Sequence record: PQ476010.1
DNA length: 40,478 nucleotides
Direction: 5' to 3' (one strand)
Source of the DNA: Escherichia phage PhiNW-B1
Part shown: positions 6,257 to 16,465 of the stretch, piece after piece
Numbering within the stretch: the first letter of the stretch is position 1
How the letters are laid out: each line of letters begins with the position of its first letter
Made by a program: the position numbers and the translations under genes
Notes under the pieces: generated by a model
Seen by the model: only the letters and a program-made list of their open reading frames with translations
The model's database searches: none
Told to the model about the DNA's origin: nothing

Positions 6257-8938
6257 ATGAGCGTCATCTCTATTGACAAACACGACTTCTCTGATGTGTC
6301 GAACGCCATTGAGCCGTTTAACCTGCTGGCTGACCACTACGGGCAAGACCTTGCAGTCAAACAGCTTCAGCTTGAGCATGAGGCCTACACTGAAGGTGAG
6401 CGACGTTTCATCAAGAACCTTGAGCGTCAGACTGAGCGCGGGGAACTGGCAGACAATCAGGTCGCCAAGCCTTTGATGCAGACTCTGGTTCCTAAGATTG
6501 CGCAAGCCGTCAAGGAGTGGCACGAAGGTCCAGACGGGAAGCTGTCAACCTCTCGTCCTAGCGTAGCGTTCACCATGTTGAGCACTGAAGAGAAGGCCGT
6601 CAAGGACCGCTCTCTTCGCATCTCCTGCGAGTCTGCTGCGGTTATCATACTGAAGGTCATCCTCTCCAAGCTGGTCAAGCCTGAAGGGATACCGATTACA
6701 CCGATGGCCTCCGCGATAGGTCGCACACTTGAGGACGAAATCCGCTTCGGTCGCATCCGTGACAAGGAGAAGGAGCACTTCAAGAAGGCGATAGCTGAGA
6801 ACTTGAACAAGCGAGCTGGGGCATCCTACAAGAAAGCCTACATGCAAGCGGTCGAGGCCTCCATGTTGGAGCAAGGACAACTGGAAGATGCGTGGGGAAC
6901 TTGGAGTCCGACCGAGGCTGTCCACGTTGGCATCAAGATGCTTGAGATTGTCATCCAGTCAACACAACTGGTCGAGCTTAAGCGGTACGGTGCTGGCAAT
7001 GCAGCGGCTGACGTAGAGATGGTCCACCTGTCAGACTTCTGGGTCAAGAAGATGGCACAACGCGGATTTAGCCTTGCGGGTATCGCCCCAGTCTACCAAC
7101 CTTGCGTCGTTCCACCTAAGCCGTGGACCGGTGTCGTAGGCGGTGGGTACTGGGCCAAAGGTCGCAGACCATTACCACTGATTCGCTTAGGGTCTAAGTC
7201 TGCGGTGGCACGTTACGAAGACGTGTATATGCCTGAAGTCTATGACGCTGTTAACATCATCCAGAATACACCTTGGAAAGTGAACAAGAAGGTTCTGGAC
7301 GTGGTGAACATGGTCGAGAAGTTGAACAACACGCCTATTGATGACATCCCTCAGATGGAGCCACTGAAGCCTGAAGAATATGCGGGTGAGACTGAAGAGG
7401 AACTCAAGGCGTGGAAGAAAGCGGCTGCTGGTATCTATCGCCGCGAGAAGGCCAGACAGTCACGCAGATTGTCACTGAGCTTTATCGTGAACCAAGCTAA
7501 CAAGTTCTCTCAGTTCAAGGCCATCTGGTTCCCGTACAACATGGACTGGCGCGGTAGAGTCTACGCTGTGCCGATGTTCAACCCTCAGGGTAACGACATG
7601 CAGAAGGGTCTCCTGACTCTGGCAGTCGGTAAGCCTATTGGTGCTGATGGTTTCAGATGGCTGAAGGTCCACGGTGCAAACTGTGCGGGTATTGATAAAG
7701 TAACCTTCGAGGAGCGCATCAAGTGGGTGGAAGATAACCACGACAACATCATGGCTACCGCTAAGGCACCGATGGACAGCATTGAGTGGTGGGGTAAGTT
7801 AGACTCTCCGTTCTGCTTCCTAGCGTTCTGCTTCGAGTATGCTGGCGTAATGCATCACGGATTGTCTTACTCCTGCTCGCTGCCGATAGCATTCGATGGG
7901 TCCTGCTCTGGGATTCAGCACTTTAGCGCGATGCTTCGTGATCACATCGGTGGACATGCAGTAAACCTGACGCCTTCCGGTAAGGTCCAAGACATCTACC
8001 GCATCGTGTCTGACCGCATTGAGGAAGAGCTTAAAGTCCTGCTGGTTAACGGCACGGACAACGAGATGGTAACTCACGAGGACAAGAAAACTGGTGAGAT
8101 TACCGAGCGTCTCAAGCTGGGGACACGAGAGCTGGCCCGTCAGTGGCTGACCTACGGTATGTCACGAAAGGTCACTAAGCGTTCGGTCATGACTCTGGCC
8201 TACGGGTCGAAAGAGTACGGCTTCGCAGACCAAGTTTACGAGGACATCGTGATGCCAGCGATTGACTCAGGGTCTGGCGCTATGTTCACTGAACCAAGCC
8301 AAGCATCTCGCTTCATGGCTAAGATGATTTGGGAAGCTGTGAGTGTGACCGTAGTTGCTGCGGTTGACGCGATGAAATGGCTTCAGGGTGCTGCCAAGCT
8401 GCTGGCGGCTGAAGTGAAGGACAAGAAGACGGGTGAAATCCTGAAGCCTTGCCTTCCGGTACACTGGGTCACACCTGATGGGTTCCCGGTCTGGCAGGAA
8501 TACCGCAAGAAGGATACCACTCGTCTGAATCTGATGTTCTTAGGGTCATTCAACCTTCAGCCTACCGTCAACAAAGGCACGAAGAAAGAGCTGGATAAAC
8601 ACAAGCAGGAGTCAGGCATTAGCCCGAACTTCGTCCACTCACAAGATGGTAGCCACCTGCGCAAGACTGTAGTCCACACGCATCGCAAGTATGGCGTGAT
8701 GTCATTCGCAGTGATTCATGATAGCTTCGGGACCATCCCGGCTGACGCTGAATATCTGTTCCGTGGTGTCCGTGAGACGATGGTCGAGACCTACCGCGAC
8801 AACGATGTGCTGCTTGACTTCTACGAGCAGTTTGAATACCAGCTTCACGAGAGCCAGCGCAATAAGTTGCCAGAGCTTCCGAAGAAAGGTAAACTGAATA
8901 TCGAAGACATCTTGTCTTCAGACTTTGCATTCGCTTAA
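6257..8938 (+). CDS. 1: single-subunit DNA-dependent RNA polymerase (T7 gp1 homolog)
   Basis: 893 aa; extensive identity by recall to T7 RNAP (AIWFPYNMDWRGRVYA, NPQGNDM.KGLLTLA, DGSCSGIQHFSAMLRD, HDSFGTIPADA, C-terminal FAFA). Confidence 0.98.
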   Translation: MSVISIDKHDFSDVSNAIEPFNLLADHYGQDLAVKQLQLEHEAYTEGERRFIKNLERQTERGELADNQVAKPLMQTLVPKIAQAVKEWHEGPDGKLSTSRPSVAFTMLSTEEKAVKDRSLRISCESAAVIILKVILSKLVKPEGIPITPMASAIGRTLEDEIRFGRIRDKEKEHFKKAIAENLNKRAGASYKKAYMQAVEASMLEQGQLEDAWGTWSPTEAVHVGIKMLEIVIQSTQLVELKRYGAGNAAADVEMVHLSDFWVKKMAQRGFSLAGIAPVYQPCVVPPKPWTGVVGGGYWAKGRRPLPLIRLGSKSAVARYEDVYMPEVYDAVNIIQNTPWKVNKKVLDVVNMVEKLNNTPIDDIPQMEPLKPEEYAGETEEELKAWKKAAAGIYRREKARQSRRLSLSFIVNQANKFSQFKAIWFPYNMDWRGRVYAVPMFNPQGNDMQKGLLTLAVGKPIGADGFRWLKVHGANCAGIDKVTFEERIKWVEDNHDNIMATAKAPMDSIEWWGKLDSPFCFLAFCFEYAGVMHHGLSYSCSLPIAFDGSCSGIQHFSAMLRDHIGGHAVNLTPSGKVQDIYRIVSDRIEEELKVLLVNGTDNEMVTHEDKKTGEITERLKLGTRELARQWLTYGMSRKVTKRSVMTLAYGSKEYGFADQVYEDIVMPAIDSGSGAMFTEPSQASRFMAKMIWEAVSVTVVAAVDAMKWLQGAAKLLAAEVKDKKTGEILKPCLPVHWVTPDGFPVWQEYRKKDTTRLNLMFLGSFNLQPTVNKGTKKELDKHKQESGISPNFVHSQDGSHLRKTVVHTHRKYGVMSFAVIHDSFGTIPADAEYLFRGVRETMVETYRDNDVLLDFYEQFEYQLHESQRNKLPELPKKGKLNIEDILSSDFAFA

Positions 8939-8952
8939 CAGGAGAGAGAGCT

Positions 8953-9168
8953 ATGAAATATGCACACAAGCATACTGGCGTTAATGGTGGGACTCAAATC
9001 GTGACCGTAACAGAACACAACGGCAAGGGTCTGGTGAAGACCACGGTCATCCCTACCGAGATGTCCAAGCAGCTTAACATCCCGTTCAAGACTCTTGTAG
9101 ATCTGGTCGAGTCCAGCCACGAGAAGTACCTGAAGGACGCAGTGTCCAAGCTGGAGCAGGCCAAATGA
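8953..9168 (+). CDS. hypothetical protein (71 aa)
   Basis: RBS AGGAGAGAG; position just after gene 1. Confidence 0.55.
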   Translation: MKYAHKHTGVNGGTQIVTVTEHNGKGLVKTTVIPTEMSKQLNIPFKTLVDLVESSHEKYLKDAVSKLEQAK

Positions 9169-9242
9169 CAGACCTACAGTTACTGGCCTTGTGGCTAGGA
9201 GCACTCGCAGTATTCATTTTAATCCAACGCAGAAGAGGTTAA

Positions 9243-9265
9243 CCTAAACTATCACTATAGGATTA
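9243..9265 (+). promoter_or_regulatory. phage RNAP promoter (phi1.1-like), +1 G at 9260
   Basis: CCTAAACTATCACTATAGGATTA. Confidence 0.75.
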
Positions 9266-9307
9266 GACTCAAGGTCATGACTCAAAGTCGTGGCCTTCAT
9301 GATTAAC
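9264..9307 (+). promoter_or_regulatory. conserved hairpin element (AAGGTCA / TGGCCTT), candidate RNase III site R1.1-like
   Basis: arms 9271-9277 and 9291-9297; flanks TAGACTCAAGGTCAT ... GTGGCCTTCATGATTAAC shared with copies at 268 and 16633. Confidence 0.4.
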
Positions 9308-9338
9308 CCTAAATAAACACTACTGGAGATTTAACCGT

Positions 9339-9518
9339 ATGTATCAGAATACTATCAACTTCGAGCGCATCCGTGAACGTCAGCAGACTGAAGGCTACAT
9401 CCCTAAGGGCCGCAAGCTGAACAAGACCAAGCGTGGCGGTGGCATCAAAGGAGCTTTCCGAAACGCTGAAGGTAAAGACTCTCTGGTCAACCAAGAGAAA
9501 TACTTCGTAGGAGCATAA
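9339..9518 (+). CDS. 1.1: gp1.1-like small basic protein (59 aa)
   Basis: contains KGRKLNKTKR as in T7 gp1.1 by recall; below track cutoff. Confidence 0.6.
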   Translation: MYQNTINFERIRERQQTEGYIPKGRKLNKTKRGGGIKGAFRNAEGKDSLVNQEKYFVGA

Positions 9519-9522
9519 CCAA

Positions 9523-9786
9523 ATGGGCCGACTTTATAGTGGCAACCTCAACGCTTTCAGAGCAGCGCGCAACAGGCTTTATCAGTTAGACTTCGCTGTC
9601 ATATCTCAGGAGTTTCAAGACTATACGTCACGCCAAGAGTGCATGAAACTCAGGGTGGAGGACCGAGCTGGTAACATCTTCGCGCTTGAGACCTTCGCAC
9701 ACTATGATGAAGACGTTCTGTATAATACCGCAACCGACTACCTCAACGGTCTCGCTGACCAACTCGACACATGGAGCAAAGCATAA
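9523..9786 (+). CDS. 1.2: gp1.2-like (host dGTPase inhibitor family)
   Basis: MGRLYSGNL.AF.AA.N.L.QLD.AVI ... HYDEDVL.N..TD.LN resembles T7 gp1.2 by recall. Confidence 0.85.
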   Translation: MGRLYSGNLNAFRAARNRLYQLDFAVISQEFQDYTSRQECMKLRVEDRAGNIFALETFAHYDEDVLYNTATDYLNGLADQLDTWSKA

Positions 9787-10826
9787 TGACAACTATCAAA
9801 ACTAACCCGCACCGCGCTGTAGATTACTCTGAGTCTGGCATTAAGAAGGCACTGGAAGCAGCCGGGTCTCTGGAAGCTGAAGTGAAGTATGACGGTGTGC
9901 GTCTAAACCTCACGGTCCTGCGTGAAGGTGAGACCTACTGGCTGAGCCGTGAGTCTAAACCTCTTCCAGCCTTGGAGTGGATGAACTCTGAGTTAGGGAA
10001 TGCGTGTACCCAAGCTGACTGGCGATGGTTCCTGCGTCAAGCTGGCTACGAAGGCGTGGGCCTGATGATTGACGGAGAGGTAATGGTAAAAGGAGTGGAC
10101 TTCAATACCTCCTCAGGTCTCATCCGAACGAAGTGGCTGAAGCCCAACAACGAGGCGTTCGCTGAATGCTATCAGGGCCGTGGCAAGAAGGTCCCGTTCT
10201 GGGTCGCCCGGTCCCGACTTCAGGTTGTGGTCTACGGTGTCGTCGACATGACGACCATAGCCGACCCGAAAGCAGAAGGTCCTATCCATAGCGTCACACG
10301 CCTGAAGGCCGAAGCTATCGTACCTCTACTCCAGAAATACTTCCCGGAAATCGACTGGGTTCTGTCTGAGTCACACACGGTCTATGACCTTGAGTCGCTC
10401 AACTCCCTGTACGAACAGAAGCGTCTGGAAGGACATGAGGGTCTGGTGGTCAAGGACCCACTTGGCAAATACAAGCGCGGCAAGAAGTCAGGCATGTGGA
10501 AAATGAAGCCTGAGGAGACAATTGACGGGACCGTGTGTGGACTCGTGTGGGGGACTCCGGGTAAGGCTAACGAAGGTAAGATCATCGGCTTTGAGGTTCT
10601 ACTGGAAGATGGCATGGTGGTTAACGCCTGTGGTCTGACTGAGAAGCAGAAGGACGAGTTCACGGAAGCCTGTAACACTGACACATATATCCTTGGTGGT
10701 GTCAATCCTTACGAGGGCTGGCAGGTTGAAGTCCTCTACATGGAGCGATTCCATGACGGCTCACTGCGTCACCCTAGCTTCAAGTGCTGGCGCGGGACGG
10801 AAGATAACCCGACCATTAAGAGCTAA
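9786..10826 (+). CDS. 1.3: ATP-dependent DNA ligase (T7 gp1.3 homolog)
   Basis: KYDGVR adenylation motif, LRHPSF, EGHEGLVVKDP; start chosen at ATG 9786 (MTTIKTNP as in T7 MMNIKTNP) overlapping 1.2 stop. Confidence 0.95.
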   Translation: MTTIKTNPHRAVDYSESGIKKALEAAGSLEAEVKYDGVRLNLTVLREGETYWLSRESKPLPALEWMNSELGNACTQADWRWFLRQAGYEGVGLMIDGEVMVKGVDFNTSSGLIRTKWLKPNNEAFAECYQGRGKKVPFWVARSRLQVVVYGVVDMTTIADPKAEGPIHSVTRLKAEAIVPLLQKYFPEIDWVLSESHTVYDLESLNSLYEQKRLEGHEGLVVKDPLGKYKRGKKSGMWKMKPEETIDGTVCGLVWGTPGKANEGKIIGFEVLLEDGMVVNACGLTEKQKDEFTEACNTDTYILGGVNPYEGWQVEVLYMERFHDGSLRHPSFKCWRGTEDNPTIKS

Positions 10827-10835
10827 CTAAATGTC

Positions 10836-10874
10836 AACCCAGTGGTCTTAGGACTGCTGGGTTTCTTTGCTTTG
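10836..10874 (+). terminator. early terminator (TE-like) after ligase gene
   Basis: stem 10838-10845 / 10854-10861 (8 bp with 2 G-U) followed by TTTCTTTGCTTTG; position as T7 TE after gene 1.3. Confidence 0.55.
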
Positions 10875-10909
10875 TGCTAGCAAGCTATCGTCTGGGACAC
10901 CAGCTAGAC

Positions 10910-10932
10910 CCTAAGCTATCACTATAGGACAA
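10910..10932 (+). promoter_or_regulatory. phage RNAP promoter, +1 G at 10927
   Basis: CCTAAGCTATCACTATAGGACAA (G at -12). Confidence 0.7.
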
Positions 10933-10956
10933 CCATCAACAACCTAAGGAGACTCT

Positions 10957-11217
10957 ATGTCTAAGAACTTAATGTTCAACCGTTATTCTAATACCTTCCA
11001 CCTGTCCAACAACCCGTTCGCTTGCATTAAGCGCAACGAGAAGATTGGCTACTTCGGGAAGGCCGTTAAGCTGTCACCTACAGTCTACGCTCTGATTACT
11101 CCGGGCAAAGCTGAAGAGGCTCGCCAGAAGCGTGAGACCAACGTACATGTGGTCTACACCAAGTGGCCTCGCGTTCGTCTGTTTGTTGAGTTCGTGAAGG
11201 AGGTGATCAATGGTTAA
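10957..11217 (+). CDS. hypothetical protein (86 aa)
   Basis: RBS TAAGGAGA upstream; no homolog recalled. Confidence 0.55.
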   Translation: MSKNLMFNRYSNTFHLSNNPFACIKRNEKIGYFGKAVKLSPTVYALITPGKAEEARQKRETNVHVVYTKWPRVRLFVEFVKEVING

Positions 11218-11650
11218 GGTTGGGGATACAGTTGCATATGTTGGACCAGTTGAAGCCTACATGGGACGCTACTGTGGCAAGGTGATAGTGGTTAAGAATG
11301 AGCATGTAGCTGTTGTTAAGTGGCCCGGTTTATCTGAACCACGCAGTCACTCCATTAGCTCCTTAAGTATTACCAATCAGGCTCAGTCCGAGCCGACAAC
11401 CATAGGTCAGGGAGATAGCGTCCGTAAGCCGTCGTACTATCAGGTATTTGACGGAGTGGAGTCCATTGAGATTATCGCTCGGTCCATGACTGTCAGCGAG
11501 TTCCGTGGGTTCTGCATGGGTAACGTCCTGAAGTATCGACTCCGAGCTGGTAAGAAGTCCGAGCTGGCTACTATGGAGAAGGACATGGCGAAAGCTGAGT
11601 TCTATGGTGAACTTTACGAGAAACATAAGGACAAGTGTTATGACGCGTGA
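11210..11650 (+). CDS. hypothetical protein, position-equivalent to T7 gene 1.6/1.7 (possible gp1.7-like C-terminal domain)
   Basis: RBS GAAGGAGGTG; segment KPSYYQVFDGVESIEIIA...GNVLKYRLRAGKK resembles a conserved phage domain; assignment tentative. Confidence 0.55.
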   Translation: MVKVGDTVAYVGPVEAYMGRYCGKVIVVKNEHVAVVKWPGLSEPRSHSISSLSITNQAQSEPTTIGQGDSVRKPSYYQVFDGVESIEIIARSMTVSEFRGFCMGNVLKYRLRAGKKSELATMEKDMAKAEFYGELYEKHKDKCYDA

Positions 11651-11867
11651 AGAACTTAAAGCTGTAGGGGTGAAGCGTAGAGCGCTCAGTTTTTACCGAG
11701 CATACAAGGCGCTACGTAAGGGTATGTTAGCGTTCTCATTAGGACACAGTGAGTATTATGACTATGACCTCCTACCGTTTGCTTATATGAAGACTCCTAG
11801 TATGATTATTAGGGTAGAGGAGTATGACCATTCTGACGACTGTGTAATGGTGAACCGATATGCTTAA
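11640..11867 (+). CDS. hypothetical protein (about 75 aa; track start 11604 is alternative)
   Basis: in-frame ATG at 11640 gives smaller overlap with upstream gene. Confidence 0.45.
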   Translation: MTREELKAVGVKRRALSFYRAYKALRKGMLAFSLGHSEYYDYDLLPFAYMKTPSMIIRVEEYDHSDDCVMVNRYA

Positions 11868-11954
11868 ACCGAGTGAGTGGTGCCGGGAGATGTACGAGAA
11901 GACTCTCAACCAGGACTACATTACGTTATACAACCAATGGAAGGAGCGTGGTCT

Positions 11955-12113
11955 ATGACTGACGTAGAAAAGAAATACATCGTGGAGCTTGAGGGTCGCG
12001 TTCAGTCATTCGAGGTTCCGGTGTACGCAAAGTCTCTTGAAGAGGCTACCCTGAAGTCCCAAGAGTATGAGGACGCTGGTTTTGTGGTCGGACGAATCCG
12101 TCCTGAGACCTAA
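11955..12113 (+). CDS. 2: gp2-like inhibitor of host RNA polymerase
   Basis: [14 protein letters not shown]...GF.V.R.RP resembles T7 Gp2 (SFEVPIYAETLDEA...GFEVTRVRP) by recall; ATG 11955 with AAGGAG 8 nt upstream; track ORF starts at an upstream GTG lacking an RBS. Confidence 0.75.
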   Translation: MTDVEKKYIVELEGRVQSFEVPVYAKSLEEATLKSQEYEDAGFVVGRIRPET

Positions 12114-12131
12114 ACTATCACTGTAGGACAG
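12109..12131 (+). promoter_or_regulatory. variant phage promoter (phi2.5 position) with CACTGTAGG instead of CACTATAGG
   Basis: CCTAAACTATCACTGTAGGACAG; A to G at -3. Confidence 0.5.
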
Positions 12132-12170
12132 ACGTCCAGTTCGTAACTTTAAATTAGGAGATTTACACCG

Positions 12171-12869
12171 ATGGCTAAAGAGCAACTGAAGACTTTCACC
12201 ACTCCGGTAGCTGGTATCGTTGAGCCTTACGCATGGCTTAACAAAGCAGACACCAAGTTTAACGAGCGTGGTGAGCATAAGGTTAACCTGACTTTCAGTC
12301 TGGATGACCCGAAGGTCCGTAAGATGATTGATGTCTTACAGAAGATTCACGACGATGCGTATGCGAAAGCACTCGCAGACCACGAGAAGAACCCACCTCA
12401 GGTTCAGCGTGGCAAGAAGCCTATCGAGCCGCGTGAAGGCGATATGCCGTGGATTGAGAATGGTGACGGTACTGTTACCCTGAAGTTTAAATGCTTTGCG
12501 TCTTACCTGAAAGACGGCAAGTCCGAGCCTATCGTATTACGGTTCTACGACACCGATGCTAAACTCATCCGTGACGTCCCGAATATTGGCGCTGGGTCTA
12601 AGCTGAAGGTCAAGTTCAAAGTCCTGCCGTTCAAGTGGAACGCTGCGACTGGTGCAAGCGTTAAGCTCCAGCTTGAGTCCTGCCTTCTGGTAGAACTGAA
12701 GGAGTGGAAAGGTGATGGTGCTGGTGGTGATGGTGGTTGGGGTGACGATGAAGACCTAGGTACTGGGTACAAAGCGTCAACCGATGGTGACTTCGGGTCT
12801 GACGACTTCGGTGACGATGGTTCCGAAGGTGGTGACGACTCCAGCTCTGGTGGCGATTACGACTTCTAA
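12171..12869 (+). CDS. 2.5: single-stranded DNA-binding protein (T7 gp2.5 homolog)
   Basis: 232 aa as in T7; GDMPW..NGDGT.T.KFKC, GSKLKVK..L.P.KWN...GASVKLQLES; acidic C-terminal tail ending in F. Confidence 0.95.
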   Translation: MAKEQLKTFTTPVAGIVEPYAWLNKADTKFNERGEHKVNLTFSLDDPKVRKMIDVLQKIHDDAYAKALADHEKNPPQVQRGKKPIEPREGDMPWIENGDGTVTLKFKCFASYLKDGKSEPIVLRFYDTDAKLIRDVPNIGAGSKLKVKFKVLPFKWNAATGASVKLQLESCLLVELKEWKGDGAGGDGGWGDDEDLGTGYKASTDGDFGSDDFGDDGSEGGDDSSSGGDYDF

Positions 12870-13321
12870 TGGCCCAATGGTCTGCAAAACGGGGGCACTC
12901 TGTGGGTGCCTACCGCTCTGGACTTGAAGCCAAGAACCAGCAGTGGCTGGAACAGAACGGCGTCAAAGCGGAGTACGAAAGCCATTATATCAACTATGTG
13001 ATTCCGGCTTCCGACCACAAGTACACACCAGATTTTATCCTTCCCAACGGTATCATCGTGGAGACCAAAGGTATCTTCGATAGTGATGACCGTAAGAAGC
13101 ACCTTCTGGTACGAGAACAGCACCCAGAGTTAGACATCCGGTTCGTGTTCTCAAGTTCCCGCTCCAAGTTATACAAAGGGTCTCCGACCACGTATGGCGC
13201 ATGGTGCGAAAAGAACGGCTTTAAATTTGCCGATAAATTCATCCCGGTTGAGTGGCTGCGAGAGGCGACTGTACGTCTGCCTTCAGGTATACTCATCCCC
13301 AAGAAGAAAGGAGTTAAGTGA
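12869..13321 (+). CDS. 3: endonuclease I, Holliday-junction resolvase (T7 gp3 homolog)
   Basis: FRSGLE, HKYTPDF.LPNGI.VETKG...DDRKKHLL.REQHPELDIRFVFSSSR.KLYKGSPT.YG.WCEK.G.KFADK match T7 gp3 by recall. Confidence 0.95.
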   Translation: MAQWSAKRGHSVGAYRSGLEAKNQQWLEQNGVKAEYESHYINYVIPASDHKYTPDFILPNGIIVETKGIFDSDDRKKHLLVREQHPELDIRFVFSSSRSKLYKGSPTTYGAWCEKNGFKFADKFIPVEWLREATVRLPSGILIPKKKGVK

Positions 13322-13776
13322 TGACTACCTGTAAAGACCTTGAAGTTGGAACACGTTACAGATTCTCAAAGAACACCCTGTTGAATAACCCCAGCTTCAC
13401 TGATGCTGTTTTCGAAAAGCGAGAAGACCATAGCGTAATTGTGGAGAAGGGGTGGCATCCTGAGGATTATATCGGTGAGACTACCAGCTGGAATGGTCAC
13501 GAGACCTACAGTGTAGAAGTTGTTGACCAGCCTCAAGTCCTGCCAGCTTCGAGCGTACCTCCTGTGACTGTGAAGCGTGAAGTCCTGACAATCGACAAGA
13601 TTGGTGTAGGCCAGACGTTCATCGTCCATGGAAAGCCTGAAGAAGTTTACGTGAAGATTAGCAACTCACACGTCTTCAACCATAAGCGTCTCCAGATGCA
13701 CACCACGGACGCACAACGCTTCACCCAGCACCTGAATCTAGTGGTCGTAGAATTGGTGGTGTACAATGGTAAGTAA
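13321..13776 (+). CDS. hypothetical protein (about 151 aa) between endonuclease I and amidase
   Basis: ATG 13321 with AAAGGAG 7 nt upstream; no homolog recalled. Confidence 0.6.
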   Translation: MTTCKDLEVGTRYRFSKNTLLNNPSFTDAVFEKREDHSVIVEKGWHPEDYIGETTSWNGHETYSVEVVDQPQVLPASSVPPVTVKREVLTIDKIGVGQTFIVHGKPEEVYVKISNSHVFNHKRLQMHTTDAQRFTQHLNLVVVELVVYNGK

Positions 13777-14224
13777 GGTACAGTTCAACCCACGGTCCCG
13801 GACTGACGCTATCTTCGTTCACTGTTCGGCTACCAAGCCAGAGATGGACATCGGGGTAGAGACCATCCGTATGTGGCACAAGCAGCAAGGCTGGCTGGAC
13901 GTAGGCTACCACTTTATCATCAAGCGCGATGGTACTGTGGAAGAGGGTCGCCCGGTAAACGTCGTAGGGTCACACGTTAAGGACTGGAACTCACGGTCTG
14001 TAGGCGTCTGCCTTGTAGGTGGAATTGACGCTAAGGGCAAGTTTGAAGCTAACTTCACTCCGGACCAGATGAACTCCCTACGCAACAAGCTGGCTGACCT
14101 GAAGTCCCTGTATCCTCAGGCAGAAATCAAAGCACATCATGATGTAGCACCAAAGGCGTGTCCAAGTTTCGACTTACAGCGCTGGCTGTCTACTAATGAG
14201 CTGGTCACTTCCGACCACGGTTAA
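13766..14224 (+). CDS. 3.5: N-acetylmuramoyl-L-alanine amidase / T7 lysozyme homolog (gp3.5)
   Basis: VQF..R.RTDAIFVHCSATKP...WLDVGYHFIIKRDGTVE.GR....GSH.K..N..S.GVCLVGGID.KGKF.ANFTP.QM.SLR...HH.VAPKACPSFDL.RW...ELVTSD.G. Confidence 0.95.
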   Translation: MVSKVQFNPRSRTDAIFVHCSATKPEMDIGVETIRMWHKQQGWLDVGYHFIIKRDGTVEEGRPVNVVGSHVKDWNSRSVGVCLVGGIDAKGKFEANFTPDQMNSLRNKLADLKSLYPQAEIKAHHDVAPKACPSFDLQRWLSTNELVTSDHG

Positions 14225-14248
14225 TAAACTCTAAAGGAGAATAACTTA

Positions 14249-14464
14249 ATGATTAAACTTATCGAATTTCTAGGTCGTCTGGTGGTGCGTGGTTATCGTC
14301 GTGCTGCGGTACTGGAACGAAAGGTAGAAAAGAAGACTGCTGATGGCGCGGCTGATGCGGCTGCTCTGGCTGACAAGCTGACCATCGCGTCACTGGAAGC
14401 TGGCATGAAGGCTCGTCAGGCTGATACCAAAGCTGACCAGTTGGCTCAGTTCTTCAAAGACTAA
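14249..14464 (+). CDS. hypothetical protein (71 aa)
   Basis: RBS AAGGAGA 8 nt upstream. Confidence 0.55.
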   Translation: MIKLIEFLGRLVVRGYRRAAVLERKVEKKTADGAADAAALADKLTIASLEAGMKARQADTKADQLAQFFKD

Positions 14465-14482
14465 ACTATCACCTTAGGGATG
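14460..14482 (+). promoter_or_regulatory. degenerate phage promoter-like sequence (CACCTTAGGG instead of CACTATAGGG)
   Basis: GACTAAACTATCACCTTAGGGAT; upstream half perfect, 2 substitutions at -4/-3. Confidence 0.35.
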
Positions 14483-14532
14483 GGACCATGAGTCCTGTCC
14501 CTTTGTTCGCATTTGTGACTAAGGAGTGACCG

Positions 14533-14712
14533 ATGGTTACAGTTATTCTAGTTCTAACGCTTATCAGTGGTAGTGGGCAAACTATCAGCCAAGTACCTAT
14601 AACAGCACCAACATTACAGGACGCATTCACAATATGTGACCAGTCCGGCTCAAAGTGGGCCGACAAGTTTGGCGATGTCTCAAACGTTGCAGCAGGGTAT
14701 GAGTGTATTTAA
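14533..14712 (+). CDS. small protein with signal-peptide-like N-terminus (59 aa)
   Basis: MVTVILVLTLISGSGQ...; RBS TAAGGAGTGACC duplicated verbatim in front of gene 4; below track cutoff. Confidence 0.4.
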   Translation: MVTVILVLTLISGSGQTISQVPITAPTLQDAFTICDQSGSKWADKFGDVSNVAAGYECI

Positions 14713-14719
14713 GGAGTGA

Positions 14720-16423
<1,704 letters not shown>

Positions 16424-16465
16424 TCGGGACATCGCTGACTATAAGAATTTTACGGAGGACCGTTA

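Noticed and set aside
6457-8969. Multiple minus-strand ORFs of 60-126 aa within the RNAP gene region (e.g. 6545-6925, 8619-8969)
   Set aside because: They lie antisense to a highly conserved + strand gene with no RBS or promoter context; T7-like genomes are transcribed in one direction, so these are spurious.
9165-9242. 25-codon hydrophobic ORF (MTDLQLLALWLGALAVFILIQRRRG) overlapping the stop of the 8953 ORF
   Set aside because: No RBS and very short; cannot be supported from sequence alone.
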